Below are positions 12,321 to 27,358 of a stretch of 64,000 nucleotides of DNA, one piece after another; within the stretch, counting starts at the first letter, position 1, and the number at the start of each line of letters is the position of its first letter. The stretch lies in NCBI RefSeq assembly GCF_009914755.1, contig NC_060946.1, one strand, 5' to 3'. The stretch comes from the human T2T-CHM13v2.0 reference genome, Homo sapiens. The notes beneath the pieces are model-generated. The model was not told the DNA's origin. It was given only the letters and a program-made list of their open reading frames with translations, and ran no database searches. A program made the position numbers and the translations under genes.

Positions 12321-14122
12321 GTGAGCCCTTGTCCCCCTGAGTCACTGGCAGGGCCCTCCTTCTGGTTAAGAAGAGTTCAGTCCTGTTTAAGCTGAATCCT
12401 CGTGGGCATGGGGTAGTGTGGCTGCCTGGTAAAAGGCAGCTATGGGGTGCTCTGGGGCCAAGGGAGGGTCCCGTCAAGGGTGGGTGCAGATGTGGGATCT
12501 TGTGTCCTGGCCCCCAGCACTTTTATCTCACGTGAAACACCCTAAGGATGCCCCCTGAAAGGGTGGGAGGCCTGAGACCATGGGCCCAGCCAACCTTCCC
12601 TGGGACGGCTCTTTGCAGTCATCTCTTCCATAAGGGAGTCCCTCAGGTTAAAAGAAAAATGTCATATGTTTATAAATCTCGCTGTCAAAAACACCACACC
12701 AGCAGGTCCATCTGCCTTGTTCATCTAGAGCGAGAGGGCAAGGCAGCTCTCAGCCAAGGCAGGCGGCTTTAGAGGCTGGACCGGGGAGGCTCCTGCACTT
12801 CCTCGTGATGGTGTGGGTAGCCGCCACTCACAGGACAGAAGTGTGGAAACCCGGCGTGTTCTCAGGTTCTTTAGGCCTCTCACGCTTCTACCTTGCCGAG
12901 CCCAACTTTCCGGGAGAAAACATAGCGTCCAAATCCAAAGCCAAAACTTCTACACCCAGAGACGCTTTTATTAAGTGAACTGAGTGCCGCAGCCTCACAT
13001 GGGACACACAGACCATCGGGATTTTCAGAAAGGGCGGAGAGCCCACAGGCCAGTCCAAGCCCCAAACAGTCCTAGATCTGGGGCCCTCCAGGGTCACCTC
13101 CCCATCCCCGTGCCCCCAGCCTAACTTGTAGCAGCTGGAGGTGCTGTGAAGAAGTGTTTACGCCCATGTTCACTCATTAGAGTCTTCATGCCACAGGTGC
13201 ATCTAAATCCCTAGAAATGTGCATTTTTTAGGGTGGCCTCTGTTCACCTGTACAGGGAAAAATAAGTTAAATATTCCCCCATTCCTGGATATTTTACAAC
13301 ACGTGTAAAGTTCCAATATATAAAAAAAGCAGGCCTTTTTCCCACCCTCAAAAGCTTCTATAGTCAAGATTCTTGCATTGAACAGGCAGGTTTTCGTTTT
13401 CTGCATCAAGTCACCAAGGGCGCCCTCCTGATCCTGCGTGCTCAGCCACACGTCCTGTGCTCGTCACCCATGGGAAGGGAAGGATCTCTCAGGCCGGCCC
13501 CTTGGGTCACTCCCCGAGCCTTCAGCAGCAGCAGTGTGTCACTTTTTGAGGCCTTCTGTCTCGTGTTAAAGGCTGTGAGACACTGGAGTGAGGTGGGGGT
13601 GGGTCCACGGTTTCCCAAGTTTATTTTCCTAGAACATCAGTTCACCGGTCACAGGTCACTGGCGTTCAGCAGAGCACAGTTACAGAGCAGAGTCTTGGAT
13701 GATTTCAGACTGTTGCCCATGGTGAAGGCCGTCAGAGTGTTGGTTCTGGGAGCCCCCGACAGAGAGAAATTCTCCTAGGCCAGTGCCTGGGGCTGAGAAG
13801 GGCTCTCAGAAGGGTCCCCCAAGGAGTGGTTTAAGAAGAGAGGCAGGCGCGGGGAGGAGGGAGGAAGTTCCTCCGCCCAGACTGGATGAAACCCTTCCCA
13901 TCCTGCAGAGCCGTGAGCAGGGAGGCACCTTGCCTGTGGCTCTGGGGCAGGGGTGGATGGCCTGGGGACGATGCTGATGCCCAGGGAGGAAGCATTCTTG
14001 GCCAGGCTTTAAAAATGTGTAATTAGGCCTAGAAAATATTTCAAGGCCCCATCCAACTCCAAGAGCCCATGTTGCTATGGCAGAGCCCATTGGCACAGCC
14101 TGGAGGTGACCTGCAGTTCTAA

Positions 14123-14236
<114 letters not shown>

Positions 14237-17200
14237 GCATGCCGGGAGGAGCCGCCCCAATAGCGGGGGTACCCCTCCACAGCGACCGAGCGACACCGAC
14301 GCCATTAGCTACGCACCCCTGTAAAGCTTCCAGCAACTCTGGGCTGCCCCACAGCGTGTGAGCCTCCAGCTCGGGGCTTCCGTATTGGAAGAACTCAGCC
14401 GTGTGGCCCACAGCTCCCACCAGGGCCCCTCCCACATGACCCGTCCATTCAGGTCATGTGGGCTCAGCACACATCCTGCAGGCCGGTGGCTGCTGGAGTT
14501 TTCCTTCTGAAGAGAATATTGAACTACACTAGTGCTCCAGGGCACCAAACAAAAAGGGCTCATGCACAGCTGAATTTGGGAAAAGGGATTCAGTTCTGTG
14601 GGAAACTCACTAGGGTTGATGAAGGCTCGGCCGCGGCACTTCCTGACTATTGGCTGGGGTGGGTTCCGGTGCTGGTGAGAACCCAGAAGGAGAGTCAGCG
14701 CCTGGCAGTTCCCAGCGCCCTGGGCCCTTCACCGTCCTAGTTTGGAGGAGCATGTTCACCACAGACGTGGGTCAGCTGCCCCACACCTGACGGGGCTGTC
14801 CCGGCCGACACAATCCAGGCGTGTTCAGCCTGAGCTAGGAGAGTATCTAGAGGGCGTGGTGCGGGCACGCCAGGGCTGGGGTGCTGCTGCTGCACTCACG
14901 CGGCTGGGCTTTCTGGCGGGAAGCAGTTACGGGGGCCCCTTGCCTGGACTCAGCGACCTGTCTTCCAGCCTGGAAGGGGTTTGGAGTCCCAGCTCTGGCT
15001 TTAGATTTCTTCATCATAAGGAGTTTTTCTAGTTAACATTTTTGTTTTGTTACGAGCAATGCTGGAAAAGGTCGCTCCTGTTCTGTTAGTACCAAAGTTA
15101 CATTGTTTCAATAAGCATAGAAATCTAAACAACATCTGTACATTAGCATGGTGAGAGCAAGGAATAAAGCAGGAAATAGGAGAAAAGTAAACAACTTTAG
15201 GGAGCCCAGGCAGTGTCATTTAAACTCACTGAGTCACTAAGACATAATTCTCCTAGGCCAGAGTTAAAGAAAGTGCCTTAACTCTTCTTGTGAGGGCAGC
15301 CACTGCCCTCCGTGGCCAAGGCAGGACCTCCAAGACTCAGTGGTTGAGTTGTCTCCTACCACCATGCCCGCCCTCCCCAGGTACTGGGTCCATGCCCCCT
15401 GTGCCCACCCTCCCCAGGTGCTGGGTCCATGCTGTTTGAACCAAAGCCTTATTTAAAGGTGGTCACTGGAGATGCTCTCAGGCCAGAACTCAACAGCTAT
15501 TTTTGGGAATAGGGATCTCCCGTGTGCCTAACGCAGTAGCTATTGGTTTGAACAATGTCCAGACAAGACCTGTACCTTTGAGAATATAACTGTGTTTGGC
15601 ACCTGCATAGCACCATGAGGAAGACCAGCCACCAGTGGAAGCGGGGTCACTGCCCCACAGACTGGATGCAATGAGGGGCTCACAGGAGGCCCAGCCAGCC
15701 CGATTGTGGGCTGAGGGGTCTGCATTCAAGCACGATGTTCTAGAATAGGAGTTTAACGTGTCTACGTAACCTAGAATGTGGTTATTAGGAAAGGGGCTGT
15801 GCATGTGGGTGCAGCTGGCGGCACACCTGGTCACCAGATGGCCAGAAGCTGCCCATCAGCCCTGCCCAGATGTCAGCCTGGGAGCTCAGGCTGCTGCCGC
15901 TGGCTGGATGCCCTTTGGTGAAATGCCTGTTTTCAGCTAAGAAAGGAGAGGCCAGGCAAGCAAAGTCATGCCACAAAGCATATCAGAGACCCCCGCAGAC
16001 TCCTGGCCCCGTCCCGCCCCCTGTCTGAGTTGTGTTTTTGTTGCTGTTCCTCTGTTGATGGCCAGCTCTGCTGTTGGCATGAGCCACTGATGTTCATGTG
16101 AGAATTACTGTTTTTAAGTGTCTCTCCACTTAGGTGTCCTCAGTTCCCACTTTTGCTCTCATTTGCCTTCACAGAGGCCACTCCACCTGTCCGGATCCAG
16201 CTGTCTGGTCATGGTTTGGTTTATTTATTTTGTCCTTCAGGGGCTGTTTTGCCCTAAGAATGAGGGGGCTTCCCCTGGTCTGCAGTTCCCAACTTTATCC
16301 CTTGCTGGCCATGCGAGCCCAGCCCTGGTGCCTCATGGGATGGGGGGGTAGGGGTCCCCAGGATCTTCTGGAGGAAGGTGGCCATGGATGGATGGGCTGT
16401 ATCTGTGTTTTCCCTCTGGGAGTCTCATGGGTCCAGCATCAGGCCTGAGGTCAGCAACAGGGAAAGAGGGTGGGCACGGGGAGGGCTTGGCCCCGCCTAT
16501 CTAGAGGCTTGCCTCGGGCCCCTCCTTGGGGAAGGTTTGCGTGCAGAGCTGCAAGGGAGAGGGTTCCAGAAGCATTGCCTTTTGCCTCGTCTAATAGGAT
16601 CCTTAGGACACTGTGGGCTTTAGGAATGACTATAGATGCTCACACGTGTTTAAAGTGACATTTGGAGATGCTCTCAGTCCTGTGGCATCTGGCACGAAGT
16701 CTCCAAGAAGCCACTTTGCCTCTTCTCCCTTCAAGCACAAGCTTTACTGCAAAAGGGCCAGTCGCGTTTCTATTTCTCTCGATCCCAGGCTTCTGCGGAC
16801 CGACGATACGTTTAAATGTTGTTCTAGTAAATATTCTTGAATGTATTAAAATGGCTGAAACAACAAGCTTGGGCTTTTCTAGCTTGCCCTCCACTCCCTG
16901 CCGTCCCTCTGACGTCGCATAAACCAGAACCCAGCTCCCTCCTGGGACTGGCTGTGGAGAGAAGGGCACCTCTGAGCCAGCCTGTGGCCCTACCCCAAGG
17001 CGCACTTCCTCATGTGGGCAGATCCTGACCAGGAGTCCAGGGTGGCCTCCCCTGGGCCACAGCACATCACCGTGTGGCCTGGGGCTGTGGGACAGTGAGC
17101 CCTGTAACCACTAGGGTTCTGTGACAGATGCCAAGACCCCAGAGACCGTGGCAGAGCTACCCCCAGGAGAGCGGAAGCCCCTACACAGCCCAGACACATG

Positions 17201-17350
17201 CCTTCCCTGGGGGCTGGGGAGTGTGTCTCGAGGGGTTTTGTTTGTTTTGAGGCATGTATCATCTTGGAAATAATTGTCAGGATGTATAAAATAGAGAAAA
17301 AGAAAAAAGGTATCCTACCCAGAGGCAACCAGATAAACTTTTTTGCCTGT
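14237..17350 (+). other. SPECC1L: SPECC1L 3'UTR (end approximate; several poly(A) signals)
   Basis: Unique sequence after the stop; AATAAA 15163-15168, ATTAAA 16845-16850, GATAAA 17332-17337 followed by a U/GU-rich tract. Confidence 0.7.
15365..15432 (+). repeat. 37-bp imperfect tandem duplication in the SPECC1L 3'UTR
   Basis: tgccc(g/a)ccctccccaggt(a/g)ctgggtccatgc occurs twice, 37 nt apart. Confidence 0.85.
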
Positions 17351-17354
17351 GCAT

Positions 17355-17633
17355 TGTTTTTTGTTGGTTTTTTCGAGACGGGGTCGATCACGGCTCACCA
17401 CAGCCTTAACCTCCAGGGCTCCAGCAATCCTCCCACCTCAGCCTCCTGAGTAGCTGGGACCACAGGTGTGTGCCACCATCTCCAGCAGTTTGTTTATTTA
17501 TTTTTTCTTTTTTTTTTTTTGGTAGAAATGGGCTTTTCGCCATGTTGCCCAAGCTGGTCTTGCACTTCTGGGCTGAAGCAATCCTCTCGCCTTGGCCTCC
17601 CAGAGCCTTGGGATTACAGGTGTGAGTCACTAC
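17355..17633 (-). mobile_element. AluJ, antisense, internally deleted right arm
   Basis: T-rich tail, gagacggggtc, cctcagcctcctgagtagctggg, T-linker, gggattacaggtgtgag. Confidence 0.9.
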
Positions 17634-18417
17634 AGTGATTGTGAATGCACTGAGCTGGCCTGGAGAACACTTACCACCTTGTCCACGTCACATGCAAAAG
17701 GCCCATGGTGGTGGTGCTTCCTGCACACGAGGGCATGTAGTGAATGCCCTTCCCAGGTGGAGACTCCTCAGGGTTGGGAGCCCAGCAACTGCCTTGGCCC
17801 TGAGTAAGCCAGGAGTTGCACTGTGACCTGCAAGTGCTTGGGAGCTGCACCCCTGGGTGCCAACAGCTGCAGGTACCCTGGGGTGGGCAGTGGGCAACAG
17901 CTGTAGAGCTGGGAGCTGGGCGTGAAAGGACTGGGGCAGGACTGGGCTTGGACTCAGCTCCTCCCTGCTCAGCAGCCCCTTCGTTGTGTCCTCTGCTGTG
18001 CGGAAGGGGTTCTGCCCTAGTGGTCAGCAAGCATCCATGGAGCCTGCCGGGCGGGCCCTGTGTGCAGCGGCCTCCACACGTCAGCAGGGGACTGCCGTCC
18101 CTGCCAGCGCACCTGGGCCTTGTCCTGGGCAGCACAGACCCCTTAGCCACCACTCCCAGGTGGGGCGGTCACTCCCAGATCCTCCATCCGTCCCGCCTGC
18201 AGTGCAGCTGCCTTGGATGCTGATTAGGGTGGCCCTGAGGGGATCCTTCTGTCCCAAGTTACGGGCCTGCGGGGCCCGTCCACAGTGCTGTGCCCCTCAA
18301 TTTGGAGCTGGCTCTGCTGCTTCCCAGGGCAGCACCTATGGGGAGGGCATCGTTTATACCTTGACTCAAAGTTCCAGGATCTCAGGGACAGCTTAATAGG
18401 TGGAAGGGGGAAGCTGT

Positions 18418-18467
18418 GAGATTCCAGGGAGAGTGGAGAGATTCCAGGGAGAGTGGAGAGATTCCAG
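18418..18467 (+). repeat. 20-bp tandem repeat (attccagggagagtggagag) x2.5
   Basis: Read directly. Confidence 0.9.
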
Positions 18468-21400
18468 AAGGATCCCTTACACCCCTCCAGCACCCTCAAG
18501 GGCCTGCGGTCCTGTGCCCAGACGCCACGCCCTGCCCCAGCAGCCCTGCCTGGCCAGCTCTATGGCCCCAGCCCCACGGGGCCGGCACTTCGTGCAACCT
18601 CGGGGTAGCCTGGGTTCTATTTTAGGTTGTCCCTTAGGTGAGGGACCGGGGCAGACAGAACCAGTCTCAACATGCTCGCAGCCACTTCCCCGTACATCAG
18701 GTGAGTGAGGACAGACTCCTGGGTTGCTGAGATTCGGGGATCTGGATTCTGGCAGGAGCTTTGACCCCAACAGGTCTGGACCTTACTGGGCATCTACAGG
18801 AGCTGGGCCGGGCACAAGAGAGGACTCCATCTCTCCTGCCTGACAGGAGAGGACTCCACCTGACCAGCCCTCTCAGGCTGGGAGTGCCTCGGGGAGCCTG
18901 CTGTGAGGCAGGGGGAGGGGTGCGGAGAGACCGGGCACAGCTTGCCAGTTGACTGCACCAGGCCCAGAGCAGGTGCTGAAAGGTCTGGTCTTTTGTCTGC
19001 ACCCTCCCGTGTTTGTGAGGAAGGGGTGGCAGGGGGTCTGCAGTCTTAAGGGCCAAGCAGAAAAGAAGGGCCAAGGCAGGCACCCACCAGGCAGGAAGCA
19101 GGTGTGCCCTGAGGGGAAGGACAGGCCATCGCAGGGCTGGGTTGCACCCAAGACTTCTGCCAGGAAGAGCACTGAGGAGTCGGGACACACAGGTCCTCCC
19201 CAGGTCAGCCACCGACACTTGGGATGTGCTGGGCTTGTTTCCACCTCTGCAAAGCAGGGCCCCCTTCTGGGCCCTCATATCAGGCACTCTGACATGGGGT
19301 ACAGTCCTGGCAGGTCATGGGGCTGGGGCCACAGGGAGAGCGGGCAGGTGGCTTAGAGCCATCGGGGTGATGAGTGGCAAGCCCCGGCATGAGGGCTGCA
19401 GAGGACTGTCACTGCCCACGCTGGAGCCAGGGCTCCACTCCCCTCAGGGCCTGCTTTCACATCTACGCCGATCATCCCCAAGGCCGGGTTGCTAGCGGGT
19501 TGCTGTTTGTCCTGACACCCAGAAGCAGATATGGGGTGAACATCTTGAGTGGGGTGGGGTGAGTTGGAGGATGATGACCAGTGACTCGGAGATCACTTCC
19601 TCCGTATGTTTCTTCTGCCTTTGCAGGACCTCTGTTAGGATAAACTGGAGCCTTGTGAGGTCCCTGCCCCATTGGAGAAGTTGGGGAGCACCCAGGGTGA
19701 CCCAGTTGGTTTCCAGGGACCCTTCCCCTGCTCACTGGCTGCTTGTCCTGGGCCTGGCATGTCTTGCTCCTGATGCAGCTCAGCTGGCCTCAGAGCAAAC
19801 AATGAGGGCCAGAGGCCACCAGGTGCATCCTGGGCAGGAACAAAGGGCCGGAATCCTGGAGCTGGGGAGGCCCAGCTGGCCCCGCCGCCGCCGGGCCTGA
19901 GGATCTGGAGCCTGGATGGAAGGAAGGGTGGGCGCCCACAGCCTTTTCAAAGCCTGCCTGGGGCTGGGCAGGGAAACCAACGCCTGGAGCCAGAAGCCGG
20001 GGCCTGCCAGGGGCCTCCCCGTGCCCACCAAAGGGCAGTGGTTGCAATTGGAGAGCTTCTGCCCCTCAGCCTTGTTGCTCCCTTGGGCCTGGGGGTGGGG
20101 GAGGCGGGCAGCCCAGGCACCTGCACAGGGACCTCCCCCAGCCCCACAGCCTTGGTATCTGAGGACAGCACTCAGCTGAGGTGGGTACGGGGCTGGCAAG
20201 GGGGCAGCAAGGCCAAGACTGAGGAGGTGGCCTTAAGGCACGTGGTGCCGAGAACACAGGCCCCTCCCTGGAGAAGACAAGCTGGCTTGTGGGGCAGGCA
20301 GTTTGGGGACAGCCCTGCCAGGTGCCGTTCCCCATCCCTGAACTGGACAGCTTGGCCTGTGCCGTCTCTGGGCAATGGCAGCGCTGGAGACCTGGGCCAA
20401 AGCACCTGACAGATGACACAGGACCGCGGGGCTCTCTGCCTCTGAAGGGCCAGGGAGGAGCCCAGTAGGGGAAGGGTGGGGGCCTGGCCTGAGCCGGCCC
20501 ATCACAGCCTCCTTGGCACTGGCTCCTCATGGGTGGCTGTGGGGACTGTGGAGCTGGCTCTGGGGCTGGAGCCACTCCAGGCCCTGCCTGACCACCCCCT
20601 GGCCTCAGGACACAGTTCCACCGGCGCCACTGCTGAGGAATGGAGGAACTGCCCCTTGAGCCCTAGAGGTGAATGTTAAGGGCTTTGGCACTGTGACCCT
20701 GAGGACCAGCTTTGGAACAAAGCCATCACTCCCTGCGTGAGGACGTTGCGGCTGCAACCCTCCTGCTGTGGGACTGGGGTGCACATGGCTAGACCATGCA
20801 TGGGAAGGTCCACGCAGGAAGGTTGCGGGCCCCAGGATGGGAATGGCAGAGGAGTCATTGGGGTCCACACTGGGGGACGAGACAGACCCTCAGAATCGGC
20901 TGAGGGCTGGTTTCTGCCTCGTGAGCCCCCTGAGCCCCTCAGGAAGACTCAGGACGCTCCGTGCATGTTTGCTGAGTAAGGGCTTGAATGAATCTGGGTC
21001 CAGCAGGTGTGGGCGGGAGGGGTTTGTCCCCACTAGAGGAGAGGTTTTACCTCGTGGAGAGCCCCAGAAGCAAGGATGGGGGGGCCAAGGATGGGGCCAA
21101 GGGAGGGCCCCATGGCCGTCAGCATCCCTCACCCCTACCTTGTGGTTTGACTTAACCTCCAGGAGGGGGCAGGGCAGACACAAGATACTCATTTTACAGG
21201 TGAGGATATGGGTCCTGGAAGGTCTGCAGGGAAGCCCCTGCCGCTGGTCCCAGGGCGGTGTCCCCACCTGGAGGGGGAGCTCCTCCACTGAGGAAAGCCA
21301 GGGCCATGGGAGAAGGCGAGCTCCTTTGAATAGAGGGTCAGCAAAGGCCAGGATGACAGAGAGGGGGGCACCAGGGCCAGGTCTCCTTGGAAAGACCTGG

Positions 21401-22481
21401 GGACAGCGCCCCAAGAGTCTCATGTGGGTCTCGCCCTTCGGAGTTTAACTCAAGCTGTCTAGGTCCCCACACATCCCAGGGTTTCCTCCTCCACCTTGGA
21501 CATTAGGGAACACAAGGACCAGGAGAGCCGGGCTAGTTGAATGGGAACGGGGGCCCAGGCTTCGATCCCAGGAATAAGCCAGGGAGGCTGCCAGATGCTC
21601 AAGGCTGCATCTGGGTAAGCAATGGTCACTGCCATGGGCCCCATGCTTCTCCTAACACACTGGCCAGGTGCCTGTGTGCCCATTTCCCACCCACCCTCTC
21701 CTCCCTGCAGTGAGTGGTAGCTGCTGTGATAGAGGTCATGCCCCCATTCTGCCTTCAGCCTTAGGGTCCAGCCTGGCCCTGGGCAAGCCCCTCCACCCTG
21801 GGCCTCTAGCCAGGACCCCACTGGTCCCCAGAGGTTCTAGAATGCAAGGATTCCCAAAAGCCTTTGGCCACCAATGCCCCGGCTGTCTGACATAGCCTGT
21901 CCTGTCGTGAACAGTTGGGATTAGTCCACATCCCTCCAGATGCAAGGGTAGAAGGCGGGTCCCCTTGGACAGCTTGGAGGGCTGGACATGAAGTTGTTCC
22001 CAGTTGGAAGTCTCCAGAAAATAGGCGAGTGGGGCGGGGGGATGGGGTTGGAATTCCCAGCCTCAGGCTCTAAAATTCCCAGTTAGTCTGTGGTGCAGAC
22101 AGGACTCCCTGCCTCCTTGTTCAGGGAAGTAGGGGAGGATCAAGGCCACACTGGGCACCAGGAGCTGGAAGAACAAGAGGGTCTCTGGCCCAGAGTCTGG
22201 GATGGGGAGAGGCAGAGGGGGCATTGGAAATTGGGGACACATCTTTGAACTGAGATAACAGCTGTTGCCAAGACCAGCACCTGGGCCAGGCTAAGGAAGG
22301 GCAGGGCTAAAGGTGGGGGAGCTAAGGGTCAGGCAGGGCCTTGAACGCCGTGTTCAGGAGGCTGGCCTTTATCCCTCAGGACCTGGGGAGCCATGGAAAG
22401 ATCTGAGGAGCAGGCATTGGGCACAGCTGGACACTGGGGAACGGGTGACACAGGGGCATGGATCCAGCCCAACTCTGATAA

Positions 22482-24480
<1,999 letters not shown>

Positions 24481-27141
24481 CACTCAGACTTTAGTTGCCC
24501 CGACTGTACCATGGGAGGAAGAGGGAGACCCAGGGCTGGGTCCTAGGCTGGGGGAGTCGGGGCCCTGCAAAGACGCGCAGGTGTTTGTGGCCCTTGTTGG
24601 AGGGTGAGCCGCAGGTCAAGCCAGCCCTCCGTCGCCATCCTGAAGCACCTCCTCTCTTGGGCTCTGCCACACACAGGGCCTTCTCCCCTATTGCCAGGTG
24701 CTCAGGCCGCCTCCACCCTGCCTCTGCTGCCGGCTCCCCCTGGGTTCCCCGGCGGGGCACCCTGCCGATACTCCATGACGCGCCAGGGCTGCCCCAGGGT
24801 GCCCCAGCCCTGGGGACCATGGTGGAGGGTTCTGTGGAGCACCGCGGGCCTGGGAAGCTGTTGCGGGGTCGGGGCTTCCTCACTGGCCCTGCTTTGGCCG
24901 TTCCTGGAGGCCTTGGGTGGGGCTGGGAAGGCCGGGCCCTGTGGGCAGCACCCCCCCCCCCCCGCCCAACATCCCGGCAGATCCATGGCAGGGGCGCCTC
25001 ACAGGCTGGTCCACGGCCACGGTGTCAGTCCCTCCTTGTTCTGCGCTTGCTTTTTGGGGTCTCCCAGCCTCTCCCTAGTCCTAGAGTTTCTCAGGCAAAT
25101 CCCAGCCACTACCCCTCCATCCGTGTCCCCTGTTTCCCCAGTGCTGAGCTGGCTGAGCTGTGAGCTTTCCTGCTCCTTGCCTCAGGAAGCCAGGGGCAGC
25201 CCAGTCACCTCTGGCCAGAGGCGGGCCTTAGGCCAAGGCTGACCTGGCTGGTCTGAGAGCTGTGCTGGGCTTCTTCCCATATCAGTCTGTGAATTACAGA
25301 TCCCCAAATATGCCCTGCGTCGCGATGGAGGAGGGCAATCAATGGCAATGACTGCCTCATGGGCAACGCGATGTGCTGGAGATTTCAGTGCTCTCGTCTG
25401 GGTTCTGGTCTTGCCTCCTCGACCCACTCGCTGAGCAGGTTGCTGTCCCGGGGAATCTGATATCTCATCTGTAGAACAAGGATGATGATCTTAGCAATGC
25501 CTAATGTGGAAAGGCCTTGGCTTGGGAGCAAGTGGGGGAAGGTTTAGGGCAGACCAGAGGGCCGGTGAGGGGTGTGTGCTGGAGCGGGGAACCCGGGAGG
25601 GAGGGTGTTAGGCTTGAGGGTCAGGGGACACCACAGGGATTGCTGTTGGCAGAGGGACATATGAATGGTAGTTGGCCTGGGAGCCAGCATGTGACTTGAG
25701 AGCATCACGTCCTGCAAAGTCCAGGTGAGGCCTGGGCAGTGCCTGCTGTGTGGGACCACAGCCCCTGGTGGCTCTCAGCTGTGTCCTGACACTCCAAAGA
25801 AGGTCTTAGTACCCTCTCACAGACCTAATACCCGAGCCACCTAACCCCAAATGAGCTAGAACTGCCTTCCCAACCGTGTTTGCGGGGTCTGTCTTGTCTA
25901 TTGCAGCGCAAACAGAGCCCTGAGCACGCAGGAGAGCAGAGGAAGGACAGACAGAAGATGGATGGATGGATGAAGGCGGGAAGCACAGGCTGAGGGGATT
26001 TAGGGCATGTGTGGTGGGGGTGCTGTGGAGAGGAGACTGCACAGGCAGGAGCTGAGCTGGTGAATGGGAGGGTTCTAGCTCCCAGAAGGGTCTGGGCCAT
26101 TGACAGGAGGGGCTTGGTCCTAGGAGGTGGGTGGTCCAGAGGTTGCAAGGAGCAGAGGAGCCCAGATGGGGAAGGGAATGGAGCTGGGGTGCAGAGAGGA
26201 GCCCCCACACAACTGCCCACATCCTGTGCAGAACCTGGGGCTCTGGGTGGTGGGAAGAGGCAGTTTCATGGCGGAGGAGGCCTGGGCCCCTGCAGCCTGG
26301 ACTCCATGGATCTGGCCAGGGACTGGGGAGGATCAGGTGGAGAGAGGAGCAGCAGAGCAGCTGCCCCTCGTCCCAGCACAGGGGATGATGGGAGCCCAGG
26401 GAAGGCAGGACCCTGGCTTCGGGCATTTTCTCTGCTAGAATCTCTCGATACCTCTCTCCCTTCACCTTCTCCTCCAAGTCTCACCCAGATGATGTTTCTG
26501 TGAGTTGCCATGGGGATTCTCTCACCACCCCCCGCCAACACCCCGCAGGGGAAGCTTGTTCCAGGAGTCACTGGGCAGGGGCTGCTGCTGCTCTTCTGTG
26601 CCCACTCCTCGGATGTGCCGCTGCAGCCCTGGTCTCTGGCATCGGCCGTCACCTGGTGGAGAGGCTGCCGGAGCTGGCCAAGCAGAGGGAGGCCGATGGT
26701 GCCACTTGGTGTCTCCTCTGGCATCTGGGCAGGAGACTTCTCCCCAGAGGCCCCGGGCTGGTCTGCCCGTGTCACAGGAGGACTCGCCTCTGGTCCCTCA
26801 GTGGCCTCTGCAAACCCTGAGCCAGCCTGGGGGAGGCTGCTCAGTGGGGAAGAAGCAGTGGCCAGGCTCTGCTTGGTCACCCTGCCCTCCTGTCAGCCTC
26901 CGGGGCTGCCTCGTCGCACCTGCCCAGGGACCCAACAGCCGGTCCTCACCCCTCCCATCCTCATTGCAGCCACCCTGGGGCATTGTGAGGCCCTGCACCC
27001 AGCACTGCCCCTTCAAGCCTCCCACAGGGTCCCGCCCAGGACTCCTGGGCTCTGTGTCCGCGGGGCCATCTAGAAACACTCCCTTGTCCCCCCTTCAGCG
27101 GCATAGTACCTGTTGCCCGCCATCTGAGGGAGGTGCAGGTG

Positions 27142-27167
27142 CCAATCCTTCACGTGACGTGACGTGG
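27142..27167 (+). promoter_or_regulatory. ADORA2A: Proximal element of ADORA2A exon 1: CCAAT + CACGTGACGTGACGTGG
   Basis: CCAAT 27142-27146; E-box CACGTG 27151-27156; three tandem ACGTG 27152-27166. Confidence 0.7.
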
Positions 27168-27189
27168 CTCACCACAGCCTGTGTACATG

Positions 27190-27358
27190 TGAGCAGCCGC
27201 GTGCAGAGGGGAAGCTCTGCCTGGGCCTCAGGGACTGTGACATGGAGCAGGAGCCGCCCCCAGCCAAGCTGCTTTCAGCACAGCGTGGGCCCCCAGCACC
27301 TTGGTGCGGGGTGCGGCCCCTCGGAGGAGGGCTGTCAGGTGAAGCCTCGTGTGAGGGG
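27190..27358 (+). other. ADORA2A: ADORA2A non-coding first exon (TSS approximate)
   Basis: Donor GGG|gtgagt at 27358/9; fits my recollection of the RefSeq 5'UTR junction c.-275/c.-274, since exon 2 has exactly 274 nt before the ATG. Confidence 0.75.
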
